Origin: an uncultured Anaerolineales bacterium
Lineage (GTDB): Bacteria; Planctomycetota; Phycisphaerae; FEN-1346
DNA length: 64,000 bases
Assembly: GCA_964449275.1 (NCBI GenBank)
Contig: CAYVAM010000001.1
Location: forward strand, 585 to 64,584
Reading direction: 5' to 3'
Position 1 is the stretch's first letter, and every line of letters starts with the position of its first letter. The notes beneath the pieces are model-generated. The model worked only from the letters and a program-made list of their open reading frames with translations. It was not told where the DNA came from and did no database searches. The position numbers and the translations under genes were made by a program. Shown here piece by piece: positions 48,181-57,442 of this stretch.

Positions 48181-49578
48181 TCAGAATGCCCCTCGGGCGA
48201 TCATCCCCGCTGCGAAAATGGCGACAATGAGGCCTGCTACCAGCGCCGCCCGCCCTGCGACGGGGCTGTGCAACTTGAACCGGATCAGCAGGAGTTTGGC
48301 GACCCACGCCGGCACCAGCGCGCCGACAAACGCCACGGAGATGCCCGTCAGGTAGTAGGCCTGGTAGAGCGGAATCGCCAGTCCGCACAGCAGGGCAAAC
48401 TTGCTCCATTCGATGCCCGTGACCCAGCGGGCCAGCCCGGAGCCGTTAAGCAGCGGGTCCAGCGCACACCGCTGGGCCTCGAAGGCCATCCCGAACGCCA
48501 AGATCGACAGCGGGAGCACCAGGTGCTGGTACTCGGGCCCGAAAATGCCCAGAAGGTGTTCGGGCAGCACCATGAACAACCCCAGGATGGCCGCGGCGGC
48601 CAGTCCGGTTCCCGTCAGTGCCCGGCGGACGAGTCCGGCCAGCACGCCGGCGTCGCGGCTGCCGTGGGCGTCGCTGACGGCCGGCAGCAGGGCGACCGCC
48701 ACCGGCCAAAGCAACACCTCATATCCGCGGGTCAGACTCCACAGCGGCACGTAATACCCGACGCTGCGATAGCCCTGCCCGTGCGGGTCCATCCACCAGA
48801 TGATGCAGATGGCCAGGTACTGGAGGATGAACGCCGCCGCCAGGGGCGTAAACAGGGCGGCTCCGACGCGCAGCCGCCGAAGCGGGCGGTACCCGGTCAG
48901 GCTCACCCTCGCGCCGCACCGGCGAAGGACGACCATCAGCAGGCCCAGGGCGAAGACCGCGGCCGAGCCGTACCAGAGGGTCCACCCGTGGACGATTTGC
49001 TCCCAAGGTCCGGCCAGAAGGGCAACGGCTGCGCAGATGCCCAGCCGCGGCAGATGGGTGACTGCGTTCTGGAGCAGGGAGTACTGCATCCGCTGAAAGC
49101 CGGCGAACACGCCGATCGTCTGCTGCATGAGGGTAGCGGCGACGACCCAGACCGCCACCAGGCGAACAAGCGGGGCCAAGCGGAGCATCTCGTCGGCGCG
49201 CCCGGCGGCCCCCACGGCCCGGGCAAGCCGCGGGAGGACCTCGGGAATCAGCAGCACGAAGGCCCCCAGCACCGCCCCGCCGACCGCCGACTGGAGCAGA
49301 CCGGCCCCGACCGCCTGGCCGGGCTTCGGTCCGCCCATCGCCGCCAGGCGACGCGAGATGAGCAGCGTGGAGGCCTGGCCCGCACCGAGGTCCGCCAGGA
49401 GCGACCCGATGCCGGAAATCAGCAGCAGCACCCCCAGTTGGCCGACCACATCGACCGAATAACGCCACGCTACGATGACCGTACTGGCGAACGAGACGAC
49501 GTTCACCAGGCCGGAGTCCACGAGCAGGAGGACGACGTTGCGGGAGAGGCGTCCGGTGATGCTTTGAAGCCTGGCCAT
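48181..49578 (-). CDS. Polysaccharide/oligosaccharide flippase (Wzx-like, MOP superfamily)
   Basis: About 466 aa with roughly 12-14 TM helices. Start is trimmed to MARLQSITG. The 5' part of the track ORF overlaps the upstream methyltransferase gene. Confidence 0.6.
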   Translation of the reverse strand: MARLQSITGRLSRNVVLLLVDSGLVNVVSFASTVIVAWRYSVDVVGQLGVLLLISGIGSLLADLGAGQASTLLISRRLAAMGGPKPGQAVGAGLLQSAVGGAVLGAFVLLIPEVLPRLARAVGAAGRADEMLRLAPLVRLVAVWVVAATLMQQTIGVFAGFQRMQYSLLQNAVTHLPRLGICAAVALLAGPWEQIVHGWTLWYGSAAVFALGLLMVVLRRCGARVSLTGYRPLRRLRVGAALFTPLAAAFILQYLAICIIWWMDPHGQGYRSVGYYVPLWSLTRGYEVLLWPVAVALLPAVSDAHGSRDAGVLAGLVRRALTGTGLAAAAILGLFMVLPEHLLGIFGPEYQHLVLPLSILAFGMAFEAQRCALDPLLNGSGLARWVTGIEWSKFALLCGLAIPLYQAYYLTGISVAFVGALVPAWVAKLLLIRFKLHSPVAGRAALVAGLIVAIFAAGMIARGAF

Positions 49579-49628
49579 GGGAGCCTTTCCCGGAACGGCC
49601 GCGGGCGGCGACCGTCGATGCGGGGGCC

Positions 49629-50312
49629 TCACTCGGCGTCGACCCGGAAGAGCATCAGGGCAACCGCCTTGCCCTGGTAGTCGACCTGGGTGATCGTCGC
49701 GCCGACCTCGCGGAACAGGACCGGATAGTCGTGGGCGAACGTGTAGTCGTTGATGCTGAACGATTTGCCGCGGAGGTCGGGGGTCCGCACCTGCTCCTCG
49801 ATGCACCAGAGCGTTCGGCCGGTTACGCGGACCAGTTCGCGGATGCCGTCGCGAACGTCGTCCGGCGGCACGTGCATCAGCACGCCGTGCGTCACGACGG
49901 TCTTGAACGCCGCGTCGGCCAGCGGCAGCCGGGTCACGTCGCCGCAGACCAGGGGGACGTCCAGGGCGAACTCCCCGTGGACCTTGCGGAGCAGTTCCAG
50001 GCTGATGTCCAGGCCGTAGAGTCGGCACGGAAGGTCCGATTCGTCGTGGAGCATCTTCAGGTTGCGACCGAACCCGCAGCCGACCTCGAACACCTCAGTG
50101 GGATGGACCTCGCGGAGCCGCTCCAGCAGCCAGCGATTCGATTCGTGGAGTTCACGCTGATACGGTTGCCGGGCAAACCGGTCGGACCACTCGTTCCAGA
50201 ACCGCTTCGGATCGTAGCCGTTGCGGAGAAATCGCAGCGTGCCGTTTCTTAGATTCACCAGCCACCGCGCCAGGCGAAAGCGTGTCAGGAAGATTTTCAA
50301 TCGGTTAATCAC
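49629..50312 (-). CDS. Class I SAM-dependent methyltransferase
   Basis: Motif I VFEVGCGFGRN. Also LPLADAAFKTVVTHGVLMHV. It overlaps the Alg13-like gene by 8 nt. Confidence 0.7.
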   Translation of the reverse strand: MINRLKIFLTRFRLARWLVNLRNGTLRFLRNGYDPKRFWNEWSDRFARQPYQRELHESNRWLLERLREVHPTEVFEVGCGFGRNLKMLHDESDLPCRLYGLDISLELLRKVHGEFALDVPLVCGDVTRLPLADAAFKTVVTHGVLMHVPPDDVRDGIRELVRVTGRTLWCIEEQVRTPDLRGKSFSINDYTFAHDYPVLFREVGATITQVDYQGKAVALMLFRVDAE

Positions 50313-50811
50313 GCGCGATATTGTCCACGAAGGCCGCTACGGTGTCAACAAGCCTCTGCTTCAGGCGGTGGGTCTGGTAGCGGTGCCCGTCGCGTCGCTT
50401 GGTGATGGCTCTCTGGAGGGCCGGTTCGAGGTCCTGGATGTCGAGCACCGTTTCGCGCATGGCCGACTCGCCGCGGATGGCCTCGCAGATCTCACACTGG
50501 TGGTCGTTGTAGCACTCGCCGTGCCGCTTCTGCCGGGGCGCGAGCACCAGCGGAATGCCCAGGCGCCGGGCGGTCAGGATCGGCCCCGCCGAGCCGTGCG
50601 CCACCGCCACGTCCGACTTGCGGAACCGGTCCTGGAAATGGGCGAACGGGGCGAACTCGAACCATTCGGCGGCGTTCGCCGGCCGGCAGGTCGAGTACCC
50701 GATTTGCATCGTCACCTCGTGCTCGGGATGCCGGCCGGCCCAGGCGTCCATGGCCCGGACCAGGCGGTCCATCGGGTAGGGCAGGCTGCCCACGGTTACG
50801 AGGATCTTCAC
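50305..50811 (-). CDS. Alg13-like glycosyltransferase C-terminal-domain subunit (GT28 family; PssE/EpsF-type)
   Basis: 168 aa, VKILVTVGSLPYPMDRL...VAHGSAGPILTARRLGIPLVLAPR. The GTG start overlaps the Alg14-like stop (GTGA). GAGGGG RBS is present. Confidence 0.6.
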   Translation of the reverse strand: MKILVTVGSLPYPMDRLVRAMDAWAGRHPEHEVTMQIGYSTCRPANAAEWFEFAPFAHFQDRFRKSDVAVAHGSAGPILTARRLGIPLVLAPRQKRHGECYNDHQCEICEAIRGESAMRETVLDIQDLEPALQRAITKRRDGHRYQTHRLKQRLVDTVAAFVDNIARD

Positions 50812-51302
50812 AGGACTCGCCCCTCGTGGCGTGCCTTGGGTCCGAACATCCGGACCTGGTGCGGCCACTGGACCAGGAACAGGTCGCTCCACCGGTAGAG
50901 CCAGTGCGCGGTCACGGTGCACTTGTGGATGCGGGTGACGGTCTCGATGTAGATGTTGCGGGTTCGCCATAAGATCTTGCCCATGATGAACGGGCCGATG
51001 GCGATCTCGCTGCCGGTCGAGAACAGGATGTCCGGTCGCTCCCGCAGGAAGATCCGGACGAATTCCAGCAGGTTGACGATGAGCGAGAGGTAGAGCAACA
51101 GGCCCCGGGCGCCGAACAGGCTCACCAGGTGCACGCGGGAGACCAGCGGGTGGGTGAACGTGGCCATCTCGCCCCGGTGCCGGTATACGACGACGACCAG
51201 GTCGGTGTCGGCAAAGGCGTCGAAGCATTCGATCGCCTCTTCGAGGTGGCCTCCGCCGGAGACGATACACAGGGTTTTCCGTCGGCGGTTGCGGTTGGTC
51301 AT
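50808..51302 (-). CDS. Alg14-like glycosyltransferase N-terminal/membrane-anchor subunit (PssD/EpsE-type)
   Basis: LCIVSGGGHLEE signature plus a hydrophobic segment. Start is trimmed to MTNRNRRRK. It overlaps the upstream methyltransferase stop. Confidence 0.6.
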   Translation of the reverse strand: MTNRNRRRKTLCIVSGGGHLEEAIECFDAFADTDLVVVVYRHRGEMATFTHPLVSRVHLVSLFGARGLLLYLSLIVNLLEFVRIFLRERPDILFSTGSEIAIGPFIMGKILWRTRNIYIETVTRIHKCTVTAHWLYRWSDLFLVQWPHQVRMFGPKARHEGRVL

Positions 51303-52132
51303 CTCGCGTTTTGTATCCGCTCGAGGGTCATGTGGAAAGAATCGTGTCGCCACGCCCGCGGTCCGAGTCGTCCGACGGCCCGGCAGACGGCCCAGGCCGC
51401 ACGGAACAGCCAAGGCGAGGTCTCGCCCTTGGCCGCGGGCAGCCGCGTTACGTAACTGTAGAGGCCAACCGAGCCGGCGACCGGCCGCAGGCCGACCCGC
51501 CGGCCGAGGGCGGCGATCCGCCCCGGCCAGAGCGCCATCTCGTTGTCCGTGAACGTCCGCTCAATGACGTCCAGGCGGGCCACCCGCTTAATCACCTGGG
51601 CCCCGCCGAACGCCAGTACGTGATACGGGTACAGCAGGCTCAACTCGCCGATGAACACCCGGCCGCCGGGCGCCAGCACCCGGGCCGCCTCCGCCAGGAC
51701 GCGTTCCAGCCCGCGAAAGAAGAAATGGTGCAGCACGTTGAACAGCAGCACCGTCCGGACCGCCCCGTCGCCGACGGCAAGTCGCGAGGCGTCCGAGGCA
51801 ACAAACCGGACGTCCAGGTTCCGGGCCTTGGCTTCGGCCCGGCCGCTCTCGAGCATGGCCAGACTCACGTCGATCCCCACGCCGGGCCGGCTGTGGGCCT
51901 CGGCCAGGTTCAGCAGATGGAGACCGTCGCAGCAGCCGATCTCCAGCACCGGCTCGTCGGGCGGCAGGAACCTGAGCCAGTCCAGCAGCCCCATTTTGCC
52001 GTAGATGGCCAGGTACTCCGCCGGCGGGAGGCGGGTCCGCCGACGGTCCGCCGCCATGCGGTCGAAGGTGGCGGCGTCCGCCTTCCAGCCGGCCGCCTTC
52101 GCTGGTGTCCGGGTCCGCCGCTTCTCAGGCAA
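51299..52132 (-). CDS. Class I SAM-dependent methyltransferase
   Basis: Motif I VLEIGCCDGLH. Also LLFNVLHHFF and LAPGGRVFIGE. Confidence 0.7.
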   Translation of the reverse strand: MPEKRRTRTPAKAAGWKADAATFDRMAADRRRTRLPPAEYLAIYGKMGLLDWLRFLPPDEPVLEIGCCDGLHLLNLAEAHSRPGVGIDVSLAMLESGRAEAKARNLDVRFVASDASRLAVGDGAVRTVLLFNVLHHFFFRGLERVLAEAARVLAPGGRVFIGELSLLYPYHVLAFGGAQVIKRVARLDVIERTFTDNEMALWPGRIAALGRRVGLRPVAGSVGLYSYVTRLPAAKGETSPWLFRAAWAVCRAVGRLGPRAWRHDSFHMTLERIQNAR

Positions 52133-53615
52133 GGTTCGCGTACTCCGTACGGTAGAGCCCGTAGAGTTTCCAGAAGTACCGAACCTCCGGCCACCCCTTG
52201 ATTTTCCGCAGGGGCCGAATGGGGTTCAGGAACTTCGTCACCCGCGAGCGGTAGAACCGTCGGTAGGCCTCGTGCATCTTGTCGGCCAGTTGTTCGCGTG
52301 TGAAGTGCTCGGTGTCGCACATGGCCTCGCTCTGGTGGCCCTGGAACTGGCGCCGCAGGTGTTCGCCCAGGTCCGGCAGCAGGCCGCGGGCGCGGTAGAT
52401 GTCGAACAGCGGTGTCCCAGGGAAGGGCGTGGCCACGAAGAACGCCGCAAAGTCCAGGTCGCTGTCCACGGCGTAGCGGATGGTCTGTTCCACCTGGTCG
52501 GGCGTCTCGAACGGGAAGCCGATGATGAATGACGAATGGGTCCACATGCCGGCACGGTTGCACGCGCGGACGATCTCATTTGCCCGGTCCAGTTTGACCT
52601 GCGTCTTGCCGATGAATCGCAGCGTCTCGAGGCACCCGGTCTCGATACCGAAGGTCACCTTGTAACAGCCGCTGGCGGCCATCTTCTTGATTAACTCGTC
52701 GCTGAGCGTCCAGATGGCCACGCCGTTCGGCGTGCACCAGTGCAGGTCGAGCCGGCGGCGGAGGATCTCGTCGCAGATGACGATCATCCGTTTCGGGTTC
52801 AGCGTCAGGTTGTCGTCCTGGAAGGCCACCTCCCGTACGCCGTACGTCTTGACGAGCATCTCCAACTCCTCGACCACGCTCTCGGCGCTGCGGGCACGAT
52901 AGCCGTTGCGCCAAATCGAGTGGATCGAGCAGAAGACGCACCGGCACGGGCAGCCTCGGCTCGTGACGACGTTGGCCCGTGGCGGGGCCATCGCCACCCG
53001 GTTCCGGTACTCCTCGGCCAGGTAGTGCGGCATGTCGACCAAATCGCGGGCGAGCGGCGGCAGGCTGTCCAAGTCCGGGATAAACGGACGCGGCGGGTTC
53101 CGGACCACACGGCCGTCGCGGCGGACGGCGGTGCCCGCCACGTCGTCAAGCGGCTGTCCGCGGAGCCGACGGTCCACGATCTCCTGAAGCGTCGCCTCGC
53201 CCTCGCCGATCACCGCCAGGTCGATGTTTGGGTCTTCGAGCACCCAGTCGGGAAGGGCGGAGACGTGGCTGCCGCCCACCACCACGGGCACGTCGGGCCA
53301 GATGCCCTTGACCACGGCTGCCGCATCGTGCACGCCCCGGGAGTGCATCGTGAACATGCTGGTCAGACCGACGACATCGGGTCTGGGCAGACTCTCCAGC
53401 GCCGACCGCAACTCGGCATCACTCATGCCCGCCTTGAAGAATCCGTCGCCGCAATCCACGTAGTCGGCCCGCAGGGTGTCGAGGATGTGGACCTCGTGTC
53501 CCCTCTCGCGCACATAGGCCGCCAGCGCCATCAGGCCGAGCGGTTCGTCCACCTGGACGTGCGCGGGACCGCCGTAACGGGTGTAGGGAGGATTGACCAG
53601 CAGGACGAACGCCAT
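52125..53615 (-). CDS. B12-binding radical SAM protein (class B rSAM)
   Basis: N-terminal cobalamin-binding Rossmann block (VLLVNPP...LGLMALAAYVRERGHEVHILD). Radical SAM cluster motif CPCRCVFC (CxxxCxxC). Confidence 0.8.
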   Translation of the reverse strand: MAFVLLVNPPYTRYGGPAHVQVDEPLGLMALAAYVRERGHEVHILDTLRADYVDCGDGFFKAGMSDAELRSALESLPRPDVVGLTSMFTMHSRGVHDAAAVVKGIWPDVPVVVGGSHVSALPDWVLEDPNIDLAVIGEGEATLQEIVDRRLRGQPLDDVAGTAVRRDGRVVRNPPRPFIPDLDSLPPLARDLVDMPHYLAEEYRNRVAMAPPRANVVTSRGCPCRCVFCSIHSIWRNGYRARSAESVVEELEMLVKTYGVREVAFQDDNLTLNPKRMIVICDEILRRRLDLHWCTPNGVAIWTLSDELIKKMAASGCYKVTFGIETGCLETLRFIGKTQVKLDRANEIVRACNRAGMWTHSSFIIGFPFETPDQVEQTIRYAVDSDLDFAAFFVATPFPGTPLFDIYRARGLLPDLGEHLRRQFQGHQSEAMCDTEHFTREQLADKMHEAYRRFYRSRVTKFLNPIRPLRKIKGWPEVRYFWKLYGLYRTEYANLA

Positions 53616-53630
53616 GATTTCGGTTGTCCC

Positions 53631-54683
53631 CTAGAGCGTCTCGATCAGGTCGGCCAGGTTCGGGTCGTAACGCTTCGGGACGGCGATGCGATACGCCTTC
53701 GTCGGGGCGATCAGTTCCCGCAGCGCCTGGCCCAGACCTCGGTCCCACCCGTGGCCGTAGGTCGATTCCGGCACGACGTAACGGTACGCCTCCAGGAACC
53801 GGCCGATGCGAAAGCCGTGGCCGACGTAGGCCGTCCGCTCCATGCGGCAGTTCAGTTCCAGGGCCTCTGCGGCCGGGCCGAGTTTGAGAGGCGCCGGCTC
53901 AGGGGCGGCTTGCCCTTCCACAGCCTGGAGCAGGACGACCCGACCGAGCGACGCCTCCGCCACGAACGCCACGCTCACGTCCCGCCGGTGATACAGGTAC
54001 CGGAGAAGACGGAGTTTATCCCACAGCGACAGGTCCTCGTCTTCCATGTTTTGGAGTTGGAACTGGAACCACCGCGGGCTCGTCGGCATCGCCAGGACCA
54101 CCGTACCGCGCGGGGGCTGGTTCCGCAAGAGGACGAAGTCGTCGCTCATCGGCTGCCAGCCCCGGCGGCACAACTCGGCCACGAGGGCCGTCTTGTTCAC
54201 CCCGCCGCGCCCGGCGATGACGACGGACCGGCCGTCGCGCTCCACCGCCCCGGCATGGACCAGCCACAGACCCCGGGCCGCCAACTCGCACTCCAGCACC
54301 GGCCAGAGGACGTACAGGTGCATGACGAGGTCCGGGAACAACCGCCACGGTATGCGCCGGCGGTTCGCCTTGCCGTGGGCGAAGCGGATCCGCAGCGGCT
54401 TGCCGGCCGGGCGGTCCAGCCCGTCAATCTCCGCCCGCCACGACAGGCCCTTGTCCGACTCCTCCAGGTACAGGTAGCCCGGCCGGACCCAGTACCGGCG
54501 GTCCAGGGCCAGGCAGCCTTCGCGCCGCGGCTCGAACGGGCTGATACGCATCTCGATATCCGCCTGCCGGCCGTCGTCGCGAATCTCGAACCAGTGCAGT
54601 TTGGCGTTGATGTCGGGCACGGCGGCGCGGCAGAGGCCTTCGACGCGTACGGCCAGCCCGCGAATGTCGTAGAGGGCGTTCAC
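53631..54683 (-). CDS. HPr-kinase-like (HprK C-terminal-domain) P-loop protein with a degenerate Walker A
   Basis: The HprK-type core reads HAGAVERDGRSVVIAGRGGVNKTALVAELCRRGWQPMSDDFVLL. The P-loop reads GGVNKT, not GxGKT. It is a paralog of the upstream gene. The GTG start overlaps the upstream stop (GTGA), and a GGGGGAGG RBS is present. The track ORF extends to 54827. Confidence 0.55.
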   Translation of the reverse strand: MNALYDIRGLAVRVEGLCRAAVPDINAKLHWFEIRDDGRQADIEMRISPFEPRREGCLALDRRYWVRPGYLYLEESDKGLSWRAEIDGLDRPAGKPLRIRFAHGKANRRRIPWRLFPDLVMHLYVLWPVLECELAARGLWLVHAGAVERDGRSVVIAGRGGVNKTALVAELCRRGWQPMSDDFVLLRNQPPRGTVVLAMPTSPRWFQFQLQNMEDEDLSLWDKLRLLRYLYHRRDVSVAFVAEASLGRVVLLQAVEGQAAPEPAPLKLGPAAEALELNCRMERTAYVGHGFRIGRFLEAYRYVVPESTYGHGWDRGLGQALRELIAPTKAYRIAVPKRYDPNLADLIETL

Positions 54684-55741
54684 GGCGCCGCCTCCCCCGC
54701 CAGGTCGGCCTCGGCCCGAGCGCGGATCATCTCGAAGACGTCCGGCGTATAGCGGCCGGGTACGGTGACGCGGCGGCAGAGGCAATCGGCCAGACGGCGC
54801 CGCAGCGCCTCGCGCGCCTCGTCCCACAGGTTTGCCAGGTGGCTGCCCGGGTTGCCGTAGCGATAGGCGAGCAACATCGCCCGCAGTTCATCGGCCTCGA
54901 ACAGCGTGTTGATGAGGACGGACTCGGCGAACGGCTCGACGGGCTGCGGGTCGGAGATCGCCGCCTCCGGTCCCTGCATCAGCAGGTACACCGCTCCGAG
55001 GGGGGCGGCGTCCACGATCTGCTCGCCGAAGACGTCCACCGGGTCGATCCGCGAGAAGAGATTGATGTGCCCGAGCGTCGCCACCGACAGGCACCGCTTC
55101 AGGACAATCTCCGACCGCTTCCGCCGGCTGAACCGGATGCCCAGCAGCCGCTGCACGTCGTAGGTGAACCGCAGGTTGAACGGCACGACGAAACTGCGGA
55201 CGCCGCAGTCGGTCAGGATGGCCGAATCGTCGCCCATGAACCCCCATCCGCGGCGGGCAAAGTTGACCGCCGTAATCGTCTTGCCGGTGCCACCCCGGGC
55301 CGGGAGCAGCAGCGCTCGGCCGCCGAACGTCACCGCCGGGGCGTGCAGCAACAGGTGCCCCCGGCGGGCGAGGCTCAGCCGGACGAGCGAGTAAATCGTC
55401 TCGCCGGGAAACACCATCCGGGCGGGCGTGTTGGAGGCGATGCGCACCCGGAGCCGGTCGCCGTCGAGCCCCTCGATCTCGGTCCGCCAGCGGCCCACTT
55501 TCAGGCGGGAGTCGTAGAGCACGCGGCCCGGGGCGACCCACCACCGGCCGTCCACCGACAGCGTGCCGGCGAGATGCGGCTCGAACGGCCCGACCGCCAC
55601 GTCGATGTCTACGTCCTCGGCGGTCGGCTCGACGCGGTAGTGGGCGAACGTGGAGTCGAGGAAACTGTCGGCCCAGGTTCGGCGGTGCCGGCGGATGCGC
55701 AGCGTGACGAGGTCGTGGAAGTTATACTGGTCGACGATCAC
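54680..55741 (-). CDS. HPr-kinase-like (HprK C-terminal-domain) P-loop protein with an intact Walker A
   Basis: Core reads LHAPAVTFGGRALLLPARGGTGKTITAVNFARRGWGFMGDDSAIL (GxGKT plus DD). Its N-terminal domain is paralogous to the downstream gene (FEP...DGRWWVAPG... against FEPRREG...DRRYWVRPG). Confidence 0.6.
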   Translation of the reverse strand: MIVDQYNFHDLVTLRIRRHRRTWADSFLDSTFAHYRVEPTAEDVDIDVAVGPFEPHLAGTLSVDGRWWVAPGRVLYDSRLKVGRWRTEIEGLDGDRLRVRIASNTPARMVFPGETIYSLVRLSLARRGHLLLHAPAVTFGGRALLLPARGGTGKTITAVNFARRGWGFMGDDSAILTDCGVRSFVVPFNLRFTYDVQRLLGIRFSRRKRSEIVLKRCLSVATLGHINLFSRIDPVDVFGEQIVDAAPLGAVYLLMQGPEAAISDPQPVEPFAESVLINTLFEADELRAMLLAYRYGNPGSHLANLWDEAREALRRRLADCLCRRVTVPGRYTPDVFEMIRARAEADLAGEAAP

Positions 55742-55765
55742 CCTCAGGGCTCTCTCGGAAAGGTT

Positions 55766-57238
55766 TCAGGTGCCGACCGGCTGGGCGCGCCGGCCGTCCT
55801 CGGCGGAGGCCAAGGTTTCGGCTCGGCGGCGCAGATCGGTCAAGAGGGCCTGGTTGTTCGAGTAATCTTTGGGCTGGATATGAAGCAGGGCCCGAGCCAG
55901 GGCCCGGTTGCTGAGAATCCGAAGGAGTTGCCTCGGCCGAAGGTAAAACCGCAGGACCGCCTTCTTCTGCCAGCGCTCCAGGTCCCGTACGCTCAAGGTC
56001 GGCGTCCGCAGCACCGGGTGTTTCTGCTTGAACATTGCCGGATTGTTGCAGAGTTGCGACGGGTCGAAGTTCGTGATGAGCCCCTCGGCCACCGCCTTCT
56101 CGAACAGTTCCGTGCCGGGGAACGGCGTCGTGATGGTGAAGATCGCGAAGTCGGTGTTCAGGGCGCAGGCATAGTCGATGGTCTGGCGGATCGTCTCGGC
56201 GCTGTCGCAGTAGTTGCCGATCATGAAGAAAGCGAGCGTCCGGATGCCGGCGTTCTGCACGATGTCGAATGCCTCGCGGGCGCGGTCCAGGTTAAGGTTC
56301 TTCCTCAGGACCTGCTGGATGTCGGGGCTGCCGCTCTCGACGCCCAGCCCCAGGTGCCAGCATCCGGCCTCGTGCATGGCCTTTGCGAGGTCGGCGTCGA
56401 CCGAGTTGGCGTGCGAGAGGGCCATCCACGTCAGGTCCAGGTTCTCCTGGTGGATCCGCTCGCAGAACTCGTAGACGCGCTGCTTGTTGGCCGTCATGTT
56501 GTCTTCGCGGAACAGGATCTCGCGGGCCCCGTAGTCGCGCATCAGGACCTTGACCTCTTCGATCATCCGGTCGGAGGAGTTGAACCGGTACCGTTTGCCG
56601 AAGATCTCGTGTGCGCAGAAGATGCACCAGAACGGGCAGCCGCGGCTTGTGATCATCACATGCACGGGCTTGCGCTTGTACACGCGTCCGTAGTTGCGGT
56701 AGAGCGACATCGGCAGCAGGTGCCGGGCCGGCATGGGGCCGTCGTCCAGGTTGGCGATCAACTCGTAGTCGGGCAGATGGACCTGCTCGCCGTCGGTCTT
56801 GTAACTCAGACCGTTGGTGCCGAACCCGTCTCGCCGGCCGCCCAGGTAAGCCTGGCAGAACTCGCTGAAACTGAACTCCGCCTCGCCGCGGAGAACGTAA
56901 TCGACCTGAGGCTGGGCGAGCACGCCCTCGGGGTCGAGTGTCGGGTGCGGGCCGCCCAGGACCACCGCCGTCTGAGGCCGGGCCGCTTTGATGAGGGCGG
57001 CGAAATCCTCCGCGGCCTGGATCTCCGGCGTCGTGGCCGAAAGGCCCACGATCTGCGGGTCGATCCCGTCGATCCGCCGGAGCGCCCCGTCGACGTCCAG
57101 GCGCTCCATGCCGGCGTCCACCACCGAGACCCGGATGCCGTCCCGCTCCAGTTGGCCCCCCAGGTACAGCGGGCCCAGCGGCGGGGTGTTGCTCCGAATC
57201 CCCGGCGGGATGATCAGCAGGACGTCGGCCTCGGACAT
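55766..57238 (-). CDS. B12-binding radical SAM protein (second class B rSAM)
   Basis: Radical SAM cluster motif CPFWCIFC. N-terminal B12-binding block (VLLIIPPG...LGPLYLGGQLERDGIRVSVVD). Start is trimmed to MSEADVLL. The track's extra 317 N-terminal aa are antisense to the methyltransferase at 57443. Confidence 0.75.
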   Translation of the reverse strand: MSEADVLLIIPPGIRSNTPPLGPLYLGGQLERDGIRVSVVDAGMERLDVDGALRRIDGIDPQIVGLSATTPEIQAAEDFAALIKAARPQTAVVLGGPHPTLDPEGVLAQPQVDYVLRGEAEFSFSEFCQAYLGGRRDGFGTNGLSYKTDGEQVHLPDYELIANLDDGPMPARHLLPMSLYRNYGRVYKRKPVHVMITSRGCPFWCIFCAHEIFGKRYRFNSSDRMIEEVKVLMRDYGAREILFREDNMTANKQRVYEFCERIHQENLDLTWMALSHANSVDADLAKAMHEAGCWHLGLGVESGSPDIQQVLRKNLNLDRAREAFDIVQNAGIRTLAFFMIGNYCDSAETIRQTIDYACALNTDFAIFTITTPFPGTELFEKAVAEGLITNFDPSQLCNNPAMFKQKHPVLRTPTLSVRDLERWQKKAVLRFYLRPRQLLRILSNRALARALLHIQPKDYSNNQALLTDLRRRAETLASAEDGRRAQPVGT

Positions 57239-57380
57239 CGTCGTGTTCCCCAGTGGCGGCTGGAGGGCAGGATTCCCGACCCCCGAAAGATAAGCCTGCC
57301 GCCCCGTCAAGTCAAGCGAAAGGGCTGCCGCTGCCGGCCCCACTTCGCCACACGCGGGCACGGCGACGGGCGGGCGGCGG

Positions 57381-57409
57381 TTGCATCCGCCCCGGTAGCC
57401 CCGTATACT
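57381..57409 (+). promoter_or_regulatory. Sigma70-like promoter: -35 TTGCAT, 17-nt spacer, -10 TATACT
   Basis: In the divergent intergenic region, 34 nt upstream of ATG 57443. Confidence 0.45.
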
Positions 57410-57442
57410 CTGCCGGTCGCGTTTCAGGTTCCGTCCCAAAAG

